DNA of 63,759 nucleotides from Candidatus Parcubacteria bacterium (GCA_023132155.1 JAGLYP010000028.1:1-63759); one strand, 5' to 3'; positions 17,290-26,011 are shown, numbered from the stretch's first letter. The notes: a model not told the origin generated them from the letters alone. Numbers and translations are program-made.

Positions 17290-17380
17290 TAACGGACAAA
17301 TAACGGACATTTTAACGGACAGCCTATTGGTTTAAATACATTTTTGAAATCCCGCACTAATCCCGCACTTTATCCCGCAT
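17290..17380. repeat. two sets of triple direct repeats with 11-12 bp phasing
   Basis: TAACGGACA occurs at 17290, 17301 and 17313. (A/T)ATCCCGCA(C/T) occurs at 17348, 17359 and 17371. Both sets lie between the fic stop codon and the start of the next minus-strand gene. Confidence 0.7.
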
Positions 17381-17386
17381 CCAATT

Positions 17387-18451
17387 TTAAATATTTAAGA
17401 CATAGTGAGTGGCTGAACCTTTACCAATTTTTTTTAAAAGTTTTATTGATTCAAGTTCTTGTAAATATTTTTGAGCCATTCTTTCTTTAATATTTAAAAT
17501 ATCTTGTACGTCCTTACTATCAACTTTCCCCATAGTCATCATAAAATCAACGATTTTGATTTGTTTTTTATCCAGATAAACATGCCCGCCGATTTTTTTT
17601 AACATTTTGGCATCCAAGCTTAACGGTACGATAATATTATAAATTTTTTCCATTTCATGCGCAAATCCTTTACTGAAATACGTTATCCAATTAGTTAAAT
17701 CGCCTTGCGCTCTTTCCTGATAATTTTTACCCAAATGAATCGCCTTGTAATATGACGGGCGATCTTGATTATAATAATCTTCCAAAGCAAAAAGGCGGCG
17801 GAAGTCATAGCCTGATTTATAAAGGATTAAAGTCGCTAAAAGGCGGGCCGTTCTGCCATTACCGTCCGCGAAAGGATGAATGGCGGCAATTTCCGCGTGC
17901 GCTATGCTTGATATTATAATAGGGCAGATATTTTCTTTTTTTGATTTTTCCATCCAATCAATTAAATTTTTTACCAATTTTGGCACTTGTCTTGCAATCG
18001 GTCCTGTGTAAGACACCTTGATAATCTTATTGCCGCGGCGGCTAACCACATAAACATCGCTTTTTCTGAATTTTCCGCATTTTTCTTTATCAAGCACATT
18101 TTTAGTGGTAAGCCGATGAATTTCAAGAATTGTTTTAACAGTGATTTTTTGTTTTTTTTCAATAAGCTTTGTAATATAATACAAAGCGTCGCGGTAATTT
18201 TTAACCTCGGCAATATCTCGCTTGGGAGCATCAACTTTTTCGCCTGCCAAAACCTTTTCCACTTCATAACGATTTAAAATATTTCCCTCAATGCTTGTGG
18301 AAGAATGGATCATTCTAATCATCGCTTCTCGCCTTAATTTTAATTCCTGCCGCGGCATAATAGGAGTATGCGCGACCAATGACTTAATCTCGGCAATACC
18401 GATTAAATCATTAAGAATTGAATGAGTAATTGTGTATTTTGGTTTAAACAT
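17387..18451 (-). CDS. fic: Fic-family protein (AMPylase type) with N-terminal inhibitory helix and C-terminal wHTH
   Basis: HPFADGNGRTARLLATLIL matches the Fic motif HPFx[D/E]GNGRxxR. SSTSIEGN matches the [S/T]xxxE[G/N] auto-inhibition motif upstream of the core. The C-terminal ERMAQKYLQELESIKLLKKIGKGSATHY is wHTH-like. Confidence 0.85.
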   Translation of the reverse strand: MFKPKYTITHSILNDLIGIAEIKSLVAHTPIMPRQELKLRREAMIRMIHSSTSIEGNILNRYEVEKVLAGEKVDAPKRDIAEVKNYRDALYYITKLIEKKQKITVKTILEIHRLTTKNVLDKEKCGKFRKSDVYVVSRRGNKIIKVSYTGPIARQVPKLVKNLIDWMEKSKKENICPIIISSIAHAEIAAIHPFADGNGRTARLLATLILYKSGYDFRRLFALEDYYNQDRPSYYKAIHLGKNYQERAQGDLTNWITYFSKGFAHEMEKIYNIIVPLSLDAKMLKKIGGHVYLDKKQIKIVDFMMTMGKVDSKDVQDILNIKERMAQKYLQELESIKLLKKIGKGSATHYVLNI

Positions 18452-18455
18452 ATTA

Positions 18456-19964
18456 TTAAAATTTATAAACCCAAATTTCAGAATAAGAATTTATTTTATT
18501 ATTAAAAATTAATTCAGAATTATTTGTTATATAGTCAATTTCATTTTTTGGAATGCGATTATCAATAGACATAAAATCAAATACCGCGCAGCCATGATTA
18601 TTTTGCATTATTTGTTTTAACTCCTTTAAATCATCAATAACCTTTGCTCCGACATAATATTCCCTGTCTTCATTTATGGCGCTTACATTGTCTTCAATTC
18701 CAAGATAATCATATTTTAGCCAATAGCCGGGGCGGTTTAAAAATATTTTGTTAAAATGAGGATGGGATGAAATTACTATTTCATTGTTTTTTAAATTATT
18801 TTCTATAACTGCGTAAGCCGAATTAAAATCCGGCTGGGGCGTATAAGCGTAATGCGGACGTTGTCCTAATTTGTCCGGATCATCAGATTCAAGCAAATAA
18901 AAAGAGCGAGGCAAAATCGCTCCGTTGCTGATAAAAAAAGCTAAAATTACCGCGGAAATAAAAATATATTTCAAATAAATATACCTTATTTTACCGAAAA
19001 AGTCAAGAATAGCCACAGACGCTAAAATGTAAATTGCCGGAGTTATATGGAAAAGATAGCGGTAATGAACTATGTTTGTAAAAAAAGAAAGAAGAATTAA
19101 ATAAGCGAAAATCGGCAAAAGCATGAAATATATTTTTTTTTTGTTTTGGAAGCTAAAAACAGCCAAAACGCTAAAAATAATTAAAAGCCAATAATTTCTT
19201 AAATAAAAACTTAAATAATACGGCAGGTTATAATGAAGTGATATTTTATTTAAAAAAGCTTCAATAAAAGTAATTCCAAAAACGAATTTTAAAATTAAAA
19301 CCAAAAAAATCGTAAAAACAGAACCTGTTGCCAAATATTTCAGTAAAGATTTATTTTTGGATAAAATTATTTCAACAACAATCCAGCCAAGCATAATCAG
19401 CGGCAGAAGTATTGCAATGTGATGGGTTAGGATCGCAAGAAGCGTAAACAAAAAAACCAAAGACCCGTTAAGAATTTTTTTTCGCTTGTTATATAATAAT
19501 TTATAAAAGAAAAAAAGCGCCAGCCAAAAAAATACAGACAGCAAAGTGTACCATCGCGCCTGCCTTGACCAGGCGATCTGTGAATAAGAAAATGTAATAA
19601 AAAAAGAAGATAAAAAAGCAGCGCGCCAGCCAAATAAATTTTTAGCAAAAAAGAAAATTATAAAAATAAAAATAATTCCGGCAATAGCGGACAGCAAGCG
19701 GAAGGCAAGAGGGGTATTATCAAAAATTTTTACTATAAATTCAGTTGGATAGCAATATATCGGACAAAAATAAGTTTTGCCGGAATCCAGAATTGAAGCT
19801 AAATTGTTATGCCCGTTTTCCATGCCGGAAATAACCGCGTTAACAGTATAGCCCTCATCCATCCAATAAGGAGTATCGTTAATTTGATAAAATCTGATAA
19901 ATATGCCCCAGCTAATTATCAACAATCCAGCTAAAATAAAAAATATTTTAAAATATTTATTCAT
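18456..19964 (-). CDS. GT-C-type membrane glycosyltransferase (ArnT/PMT-like)
   Basis: The 502-aa protein has about 11 TM spans. The first-loop acidic motif PYWMDEGY is typical of GT39/GT83 enzymes, and the C-terminal domain is soluble. Confidence 0.6.
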   Translation of the reverse strand: MNKYFKIFFILAGLLIISWGIFIRFYQINDTPYWMDEGYTVNAVISGMENGHNNLASILDSGKTYFCPIYCYPTEFIVKIFDNTPLAFRLLSAIAGIIFIFIIFFFAKNLFGWRAAFLSSFFITFSYSQIAWSRQARWYTLLSVFFWLALFFFYKLLYNKRKKILNGSLVFLFTLLAILTHHIAILLPLIMLGWIVVEIILSKNKSLLKYLATGSVFTIFLVLILKFVFGITFIEAFLNKISLHYNLPYYLSFYLRNYWLLIIFSVLAVFSFQNKKKIYFMLLPIFAYLILLSFFTNIVHYRYLFHITPAIYILASVAILDFFGKIRYIYLKYIFISAVILAFFISNGAILPRSFYLLESDDPDKLGQRPHYAYTPQPDFNSAYAVIENNLKNNEIVISSHPHFNKIFLNRPGYWLKYDYLGIEDNVSAINEDREYYVGAKVIDDLKELKQIMQNNHGCAVFDFMSIDNRIPKNEIDYITNNSELIFNNKINSYSEIWVYKF

Positions 19965-20037
19965 AAATAATATAAAAAAGTAATATATTATGCTAATATT
20001 AAGTTAAATAATGCATAAAACAATATTACTAAAAAAT

Positions 20038-20066
20038 TTGACAAAAACCTAATTACAGTATATAAT
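20038..20066 (+). promoter_or_regulatory. consensus sigma-70 promoter (TTGACA-17-TATAAT)
   Basis: TTGACA lies at 20038-20043 and TATAAT at 20061-20066, about 75 nt upstream of the ATG at 20141. Confidence 0.65.
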
Positions 20067-20140
20067 TTTATCAAATATAAGTAAATAATAATAACTAAAA
20101 TAGCAAGGATTATTTTAGTTATCTAAGATTTTTAAACTAT

Positions 20141-21145
20141 ATGAAAAAAACAATTTTTAAAGCGTCAATGGCGTTTGTTATCATTTTCGCATTTTCACTA
20201 TTCGGTTTTAGCGCCGCTTTCGGTTATGGCGGAGGAGGTCATGGAAAACCGCCAGTGCCGACAAATGTTACGGCAGTTAATCATCCAATGACATTGACAA
20301 ACGCGCAAAGCGGGGTTGCTACCAATAATTTTGGACAGCAAGCAACAGTTGCCTTGAGTGTTCCAATGGGCGCCGTTCCCGCTGATGAAAAAATTACATT
20401 TAAAATTCAAATGAGTTCTGCTAACGCAAACATCAGGCCTGATACTTCCGGAGGCGCTTTTATGATTGGCAATAAAGTATTTTATATTACCGCTACCGAT
20501 ATAGGCAACAAAAGTTATACAGACGATTTTATTAGTCCTTTAGGAATCACAATGACATTGCCTGAAATGAGCGGCGTTTCTGATTTGGACGTTTATTTTA
20601 TTAATAATGATAATGAGTGGGAATCAGTTTCTGCTTCTGTTTTAGGCAATACGGCAACATTTAGCGTAAGCCACCTTACTACTTTTTCAGTTATTTCTTA
20701 CGACGGTTCCGGTAATATTGCCATAGTTAAAGCTCCTAAGAAAAATGTAAAAGCGGAGAACAGTAATAAACCGGGAGTAACAGTTTTAGGCATATCGCAT
20801 TACGCGGACGGTTCTTTAATTCGCGGGGAAAATAAAAAAATTTATGTTATCGTTGACGGCGTTAAACAGCATATTAAAAATATGAAAGAATTAATGCAAT
20901 ACGCCGGACAGCCGATATTTGAGGTTGATGATGAAGTTTTAGGGCAATATTCAGGAGTGGAAGTATTGGGAATATCAGGATATGGCAACGGCGCTTTAAT
21001 CCGTTGCAATGATATGAAAATTTATGTTATCGTAAACGGAAAATGCAAGCATATTGCGAACCTTAAACAGCTTGCCAAATACGCGGGCCAGGAAATTTTT
21101 AATGTTACCGATGATGTTGTGAGTTCGTTTGAGATTGTTGAATAA
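20141..21145 (+). CDS. secreted protein with two C-terminal copies of a ~55-aa repeat module
   Basis: The signal peptide is MKKTIFKASMAFVIIFAFSLFGFSAAFG. It is followed by VLGISHYADGSLIRGENKKIYVIVDGVKQHIKNMKELMQYAGQPIFEVDDEVLGQY and a second copy, VLGISGYGNGALIRCNDMKIYVIVNGKCKHIANLKQLAKYAGQEIFNVTDDVV. Confidence 0.7.
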   Translation: MKKTIFKASMAFVIIFAFSLFGFSAAFGYGGGGHGKPPVPTNVTAVNHPMTLTNAQSGVATNNFGQQATVALSVPMGAVPADEKITFKIQMSSANANIRPDTSGGAFMIGNKVFYITATDIGNKSYTDDFISPLGITMTLPEMSGVSDLDVYFINNDNEWESVSASVLGNTATFSVSHLTTFSVISYDGSGNIAIVKAPKKNVKAENSNKPGVTVLGISHYADGSLIRGENKKIYVIVDGVKQHIKNMKELMQYAGQPIFEVDDEVLGQYSGVEVLGISGYGNGALIRCNDMKIYVIVNGKCKHIANLKQLAKYAGQEIFNVTDDVVSSFEIVE

Positions 21146-21177
21146 AAATTATATTAAATTAAATAGTATTAAAAAAA

Positions 21178-21201
21178 GCGGCGTTTTGCCGCTTTTTTTT
21201 T
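21178..21201 (+). terminator. intrinsic terminator
   Basis: The hairpin GCGGCgttttGCCGC is followed by T9. Confidence 0.7.
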
Positions 21202-21234
21202 GACATAAAATAATTAATAATATATAATATTATT

Positions 21235-21630
21235 ATGTTAGACAACAATGATTTAAAACAAATTAAGAAAATAATGGATAGCAAATTTGATGATTTTGCT
21301 ATTGTTGTTAATAAGGGATTTGAACAAGTTGATAAACGTTTTGATGAGCAAGACAAACGTTTTGACGCACAGGATAAACGTTTTGAAAGTATTGATAAAC
21401 GTTTTGATGAAATAAAAAGTGAGATTACTGAAATAAAAAGTGAAATTGGAACAATTAAATATGAAATCGCAACGCTTTCTGAAAAATTTGATAAATTAGA
21501 ACAAAAAGTTGATAGGTTGATTAATACTGAAAATGAAAATATTATTGCTCTTAATAAAGAGGTTGAAAGAATAAAAGAGAAATTAAAAATTTTAGAAACA
21601 AAGATTCAAGAGCATGCCGTGCCGGCATAG
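21235..21630 (+). CDS. coiled-coil protein with DKRFDxQ heptad repeats
   Basis: The 131-aa protein contains VDKRFDEQDKRFDAQDKRFESIDKRFDE, encoded by four 21-nt tandem repeats at about 21331-21414. Heptad-patterned helices follow. Confidence 0.65.
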   Translation: MLDNNDLKQIKKIMDSKFDDFAIVVNKGFEQVDKRFDEQDKRFDAQDKRFESIDKRFDEIKSEITEIKSEIGTIKYEIATLSEKFDKLEQKVDRLINTENENIIALNKEVERIKEKLKILETKIQEHAVPA

Positions 21631-21631
21631 C

Positions 21632-21709
21632 GGTAAGGCTGAAAAACTTCAAAATTACGCCGGACAGCTGATTAATGATATTGATGATAGTATTTTAGAG
21701 CAATACTAA
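21632..21709 (+). pseudogene. relic 3' end of a repeat-module gene
   Basis: Hand translation gives GKAEKLQNYAGQLINDIDDSILEQY*. This parallels MKELMQYAGQPIFEVDDEVLGQY in the 20141 gene. It has no start codon and no upstream continuation. Confidence 0.5.
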
Positions 21710-21723
21710 GCCGGATTAAAACA

Positions 21724-21757
21724 AAAAGCCGTTTTGAAATTTTTCAAAACGGCTTTT
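21724..21757. terminator. bidirectional intrinsic terminator between convergent genes
   Basis: AAAAGCCGTTTTGAAAttTTTCAAAACGGCTTTT forms a 16-bp stem flanked by A and T runs. Confidence 0.75.
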
Positions 21758-21792
21758 TAAAATTAAAAATTCAAAGAATTAATAGCGTAAAT

Positions 21793-22959
21793 TTATTCAT
21801 TTGCTGAAGTGTCCTCGGCAGTATCAAAGTTTCCCGAGCTTGTAGCCGTACTGTTATCGTCAGTTGCTTCTACTAAGTAAAAATAAGTAGTTGAAGCGGA
21901 AAGGCCGCTTAATTCAGCTAAATACGGGGAATTATCGCCGGTAGCCGTTACTTCTTCATAATTCTCAGTACCGATTTCTTCAGTGGCATATTTTACGGTA
22001 ATATCAGCATTTTTATTGGTTGTAATTGTAGTCGTGGCTGAATTAGCGGATGCTTCTACGGAAACATTTTCAATGCTTAAATCAATATCATTACCGTCGT
22101 CATTATCCGTGTCGTCTGTACTGTCACTGTCCGCGCAGGCTCCTATAGTGCCGCCCTGTTTTAAATGAGCTCCAATAGCCATAATACCAACGTTAATGGT
22201 TTTTCCTTCGTGGCAAAGGGTAACTTTTTTTACGGAACGTAACGCGTTGCTTCTTATTTTGCCATCACTGCCCAGGCCATAGCATTTGTCCAATAAATGA
22301 TCGCCGATGTTTGGAAGCGCTACATCCCAAAGGCTAAGGCGTTTTTGCAAGCGATTTAAAGCGCTTTCCAATCGGTCGCATATTTTTTCATTTCGGTTTC
22401 TGGTTTGCGCGGCAATTTTAGCCTTAAAACCGCGGTTATGGCTGATACTTGGCATTTGTTCCTCTTCTTCGCTTGGATCAAAATCACTTTCTTCGTTAAC
22501 TTCAGTGCTTATTTCATAGTTTGTGAAAAATGAATCAGGCACATCGTCAATTAATTTATTCCAATTATTGCCGTAAAGCGCTTTGGCGATTTTCTCGGTT
22601 TTAATCCAATGAAGCTTGCCATTGCCGCCAACCGCGTAAACCTTAGGGTCGGTTTGGATTTTTATTAAAAGAGCGCCCGGTTTATAGCGGGCATTGCCGC
22701 CTAAAGGATATTCATATAAATCTTCTAAAGGAACTTCCACTACTTTGGAAAAATTATCATACCATGAGAAAAAAATGTTTGAATTTGGAAAAACATAGCG
22801 TTTTCCGTCTTCGCCGATATAATAAAGAGTGGAAAGACCCTCGCCTTTAATTACGGTACCGGCGGGCAAATTGTTTTCGGCGCTTGATTTGGCCGCGTCA
22901 ACCAGGGACACGGAAAAAATAAACGCGCAAACAAGAAAAATGATTAAAGTTTTTTTCAT
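21793..22959 (-). CDS. secreted protein with N-terminal repeat-module domain, Cys-containing middle and acidic C-terminus
   Basis: The signal peptide is MKKTLIIFLVCAFIFSVSLVDA. The module LYYIGEDGKRYVFPNSNIFFSWYDNF...PKVYAVGGNGKLHWIKTEKIAKALYG follows. The middle contains VTLCHEGKTINVGIMAIGAHLKQGGTIGAC, and the tail is rich in D, T and S. Confidence 0.65.
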   Translation of the reverse strand: MKKTLIIFLVCAFIFSVSLVDAAKSSAENNLPAGTVIKGEGLSTLYYIGEDGKRYVFPNSNIFFSWYDNFSKVVEVPLEDLYEYPLGGNARYKPGALLIKIQTDPKVYAVGGNGKLHWIKTEKIAKALYGNNWNKLIDDVPDSFFTNYEISTEVNEESDFDPSEEEEQMPSISHNRGFKAKIAAQTRNRNEKICDRLESALNRLQKRLSLWDVALPNIGDHLLDKCYGLGSDGKIRSNALRSVKKVTLCHEGKTINVGIMAIGAHLKQGGTIGACADSDSTDDTDNDDGNDIDLSIENVSVEASANSATTTITTNKNADITVKYATEEIGTENYEEVTATGDNSPYLAELSGLSASTTYFYLVEATDDNSTATSSGNFDTAEDTSANE

Positions 22960-23096
22960 AGGTTTTTTATTAATTTAGTTATTAACATTAATATACATTA
23001 TAGCACAAATTATTATTTTATATAAACTGATTTTTTAGAATTATCCCAAAAATCTCCAAAATCCCAAAAATCACAATAATCTTATTATCCCTGATA

Positions 23097-23125
23097 TTGA
23101 ATTTCATTTTAAAAAATGCTATAAT
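23097..23125 (+). promoter_or_regulatory. sigma-70-like promoter with extended -10 (TTGAAT-17-TGcTATAAT)
   Basis: TTGAAT lies at 23097-23102 and TATAAT at 23120-23125. Phased A-tracts (TCCCAAAAATCTCCAAAATCCCAAAAATC) lie upstream at 23044-23072. Confidence 0.55.
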
Positions 23126-23154
23126 ATTCTATATAAATACTAGCAAGCAAGAAA

Positions 23155-24198
23155 ATGGAATTAGAACCTTATTTTAAAACAGCAGTTGAAAATAATGCCT
23201 CTGATTTGCATCTGGTTGAAGGCAGTGTGCCTGCCTTGCGCGTATCCGGCGAATTAATGCGTTTTAAAGAGGATGCTATTCCTTATGGCGAATTAAAGCA
23301 TGCTGTTTATCTTTGTTTGGATAGCCACACAAAAGATAGATTTGAAAGGAAAAGAGATCTGGATTTATCAATGGAATTTTTTGATAACAGATTCCGGGTT
23401 AATCTTCATTTCCAGGAAGGCAAAATCGGCTTAACCGCCCGCTTAGTCCCTAAAAAAATCCCCACACCTAGACAAATCGGACTTAATGAGGTAATTTATT
23501 CTTTAACTCATTTAAAAGACGGCTTAATATTGGTAACAGGCCCTTCCTGTACCGGCAAATCAACCACTTTGGCGGCCATGATTGATATAATCAACGCGGA
23601 AAGGCGGTCCCATATAATTACAATTGAAGACCCGATTGAGTATAATTTTGTTGACAAGCAAAGCATTGTTGAACAAAGGCAATTGGGGCGGGATACGAAA
23701 AGTTTCGCCGATGCCTTAAAATACGCTTTAAGGCAAGACCCGAATGTTATTATGGTAGGGGAAATGCGTGATCTTGAAACTATTTCCGCGGCGCTGACAG
23801 CCGCGAAAACCGGCCATTTAGTCCTTTCCACCCTGCATACGGCCACAGCGCCGGAAACAGTGGAAAGGATAGTGGATTTTTTTCCTTCGCAGAGCCAAAA
23901 TTTAGTTACCGGCCAGCTCGCCTCAGTATTAAGGGCGGTTATTTCCCAGCAATTATTGCCAAAAAAGGGAGGGGGATTAACAGCAGCCAGAGAAATAATG
24001 ATTAATAATCGCGCGGTGGCGAATTTAATCCGCAATAACCAGGTAGAGCAAATTTATTCCGCCATTCAAATGGGCGCAAAAGACGGCATGATAACAATGA
24101 ATAAATCAATAGATAATTTGTTAAAAAACGGAGTAATCAGCGAAGACGTCGCGCGCAATAGAAAAAGAGACTTGGAAACGCAAGCTGTTTATTACTAA
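23155..24198 (+). CDS. pilT: type IV pilus retraction ATPase PilT
   Basis: ASDLHL begins the protein. The Walker A is GPSCTGKSTT, the Asp box/Walker B is RQDPNVIMVGEMRD, and the His box is TGHLVLSTLHT. At 347 aa the length is typical of PilT. Confidence 0.8.
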   Translation: MELEPYFKTAVENNASDLHLVEGSVPALRVSGELMRFKEDAIPYGELKHAVYLCLDSHTKDRFERKRDLDLSMEFFDNRFRVNLHFQEGKIGLTARLVPKKIPTPRQIGLNEVIYSLTHLKDGLILVTGPSCTGKSTTLAAMIDIINAERRSHIITIEDPIEYNFVDKQSIVEQRQLGRDTKSFADALKYALRQDPNVIMVGEMRDLETISAALTAAKTGHLVLSTLHTATAPETVERIVDFFPSQSQNLVTGQLASVLRAVISQQLLPKKGGGLTAAREIMINNRAVANLIRNNQVEQIYSAIQMGAKDGMITMNKSIDNLLKNGVISEDVARNRKRDLETQAVYY

Positions 24199-24204
24199 TA
24201 AATA

Positions 24205-24303
24205 ATGCTATGAATATAATGCTAATCCGCGAATAAATGCTAATCCGCGAATTGCGAATAATTAATATTAGCAATTCGCGGAATTAGCATTATTCATTAG
24301 CAT
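24205..24303. repeat. ATGCTAAT-N3-GCGAAT direct and inverted repeat array
   Basis: ATGCTAATCCGCGAAT(A/T) occurs twice, at 24219 and 24237. A degenerate copy lies at 24205 and an inverted copy (ATTCGCGGAATTAGCAT) at 24274-24290. Together they can form a long hairpin downstream of pilT. Confidence 0.65.
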
Positions 24304-24316
24304 TATTATAAAAAAT

Positions 24317-24646
24317 ATGATGCCGGAAAAATGGGAAAGTATTATTGGAAATATTAAAGACAAGTTCACAATCAAAGACGAGGGTAAGCTTCATCTTGAC
24401 GAAGAAGGGGGAATTGATATTGAATTTATAGAATTTGAAGGCCCCCTGGGCTTAATGAGGCTTGAATTTGTTTCCCGTCCGATTGTTCTTGATAAAAAAA
24501 CGATTTATTCAAGACGCATAGGTTCGGAAACTAAAGTTGATTACGTTTACAGTGAAAACGAAAAAAGCCATAAATTAATTGTTTACAAATGGGACGGCGA
24601 TGAAAATGATTGGCTGGAGGTTGACGATAAAAATCTTTTCGCTTAA
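24317..24646 (+). CDS. hypothetical protein (109 aa)
   Basis: The ORF has coding-like composition. No motif was recognised. Confidence 0.5.
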   Translation: MMPEKWESIIGNIKDKFTIKDEGKLHLDEEGGIDIEFIEFEGPLGLMRLEFVSRPIVLDKKTIYSRRIGSETKVDYVYSENEKSHKLIVYKWDGDENDWLEVDDKNLFA

Positions 24647-24649
24647 ATT
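24621..24649 (+). promoter_or_regulatory. sigma-70-like promoter (TTGACG-17-TAAATT) overlapping the upstream stop codon
   Basis: TTGACG lies at 24621-24626 and TAAATT at 24644-24649. The leader element begins 2 nt downstream. Confidence 0.45.
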
Positions 24650-24650
24650 A

Positions 24651-24752
24651 CAAGTTATACCCTAAAGGGCATTTTATGCCCAAAGGGCGCTAACAGTAGT
24701 CAGGAATACGCCCCAAAGGAAGTGCCCTTGGGGTATTCAAATTCCTTGACTA
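24651..24752 (+). promoter_or_regulatory. conserved structured leader element, copy 2 (long form with duplicated first hairpin)
   Basis: The sequence is CAAGTTATACCCTAAAGGGCATTTTATGCCCAAAGGGCGCTAACAGTAGTCAGGAATACGCCCCAAAGGAAGTGCCCTTGGGGTATTCAAATTCCTTGACTA. It ends 13 nt before the ATG at 24766. Confidence 0.6.
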
Positions 24753-24765
24753 AAATTTAAAATAT

Positions 24766-25236
24766 ATGCTGAATAAAAATAAAATTTTTATAATTTTGGC
24801 AATAATCATATTGCTTTTCTTTTTTTATTATATTTTTTCCGTTAAAACGGTTGTATTAAAAAAGCCGGCTACGCAAGACAAAGCTGAAAATATCGCGGCT
24901 CTGAAAAAATTAAGCATGCGAGAAAAACTTGAATTAAAAAATAATTATAATAGCAAGATCGCGGATATTTTATCTCGGTATGAAGAAAATTTGGAAAAAA
25001 TTAAAGAAGCCGAAAGCGATGATGATAATTTTTATGAAAATTTAGATGCTTTAAAATTGGAGGCGCTCGCCCTGATTGTTCCGGGGGAATATAAAAATAC
25101 GCATTTGGAAATAGCTTTAATATTTTCCAGAATAAACGAATTATGCGCCAAAGACAAAGTGGAAGAAAATTTTAATTTAATTAATGAATTACTGGCTCAA
25201 GCCGGAAATTTAAAGAGTAATTTGAAAAACCTGTAA
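24766..25236 (+). CDS. membrane-anchored hypothetical protein (156 aa)
   Basis: An N-terminal TM span (IFIILAIIILLFFFYYIF) is followed by a helical soluble part. Confidence 0.5.
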   Translation: MLNKNKIFIILAIIILLFFFYYIFSVKTVVLKKPATQDKAENIAALKKLSMREKLELKNNYNSKIADILSRYEENLEKIKEAESDDDNFYENLDALKLEALALIVPGEYKNTHLEIALIFSRINELCAKDKVEENFNLINELLAQAGNLKSNLKNL

Positions 25237-25242
25237 AAGAAT

Positions 25243-26004
25243 ATGCGTTTAAACCGCTATCTGCCGCTGGCAACGCCATTTTTAGCTTTAATATTTTTAG
25301 AATTTTACAGTTTTAACGCCGGGATAATTTATATTATGCTAGTGTTTTTGTTTTTTCTGTTTTTTTTTACAATCAGGCAGCTTATTGTTGAAAGCGGGAA
25401 AAATGAAAATGTTTGGAATTATTGTATCCTGCCTTTTTTGTTTTTATCAAGCGGAGTAATGTTTAGCACTTTAATGCCCCATGGATATTTGGTTCAGATT
25501 TTAATAATTATAATTTTTTTATTTTTAAATTTTTATTTTAGGTCAATTTATGAATTTTTATTAAAACCGAATAATTATAAAAAAGATTCACTTGAAAATT
25601 TTTCTTCTTATGGAAATTTTTTGGCATTATATTTTTTCGCGTCTTCAGTTTACGGTTTTCAGTCTTTTTTAGGCATTGATGTTTGGAGTATAATGTTTTT
25701 TTTGCTTCTGGTTATAATTTTAATTGTTTATCAGGTTTTTTGGGCAAATAAAATTTTGACTAAGGCGAATTTATTATATATAATAATCTTGCCTTTGGTG
25801 TATATTGAATTGGCTTGGTCAATTTCTTTTTTAACTTTAAGCTTTTATATTTTGGGCATGATTTTAGCTGTTTCATATTACATCGGAATAGGCATAGTAA
25901 GATTTTATTTAATTGGAAAATTAGACGCGCAAATCATCAAAATGTACCTGATTTTCGGCTTCTTTAGCATACTTACGGTAATTTTAACGGCTAGGTGGAT
26001 ATAA
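25243..26004 (+). CDS. polytopic membrane protein (253 aa), unknown function
   Basis: The protein has about 7 hydrophobic spans and lies 6 nt downstream of the previous gene. Confidence 0.5.
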   Translation: MRLNRYLPLATPFLALIFLEFYSFNAGIIYIMLVFLFFLFFFTIRQLIVESGKNENVWNYCILPFLFLSSGVMFSTLMPHGYLVQILIIIIFLFLNFYFRSIYEFLLKPNNYKKDSLENFSSYGNFLALYFFASSVYGFQSFLGIDVWSIMFFLLLVIILIVYQVFWANKILTKANLLYIIILPLVYIELAWSISFLTLSFYILGMILAVSYYIGIGIVRFYLIGKLDAQIIKMYLIFGFFSILTVILTARWI

Positions 26005-26011
26005 CGCAATA

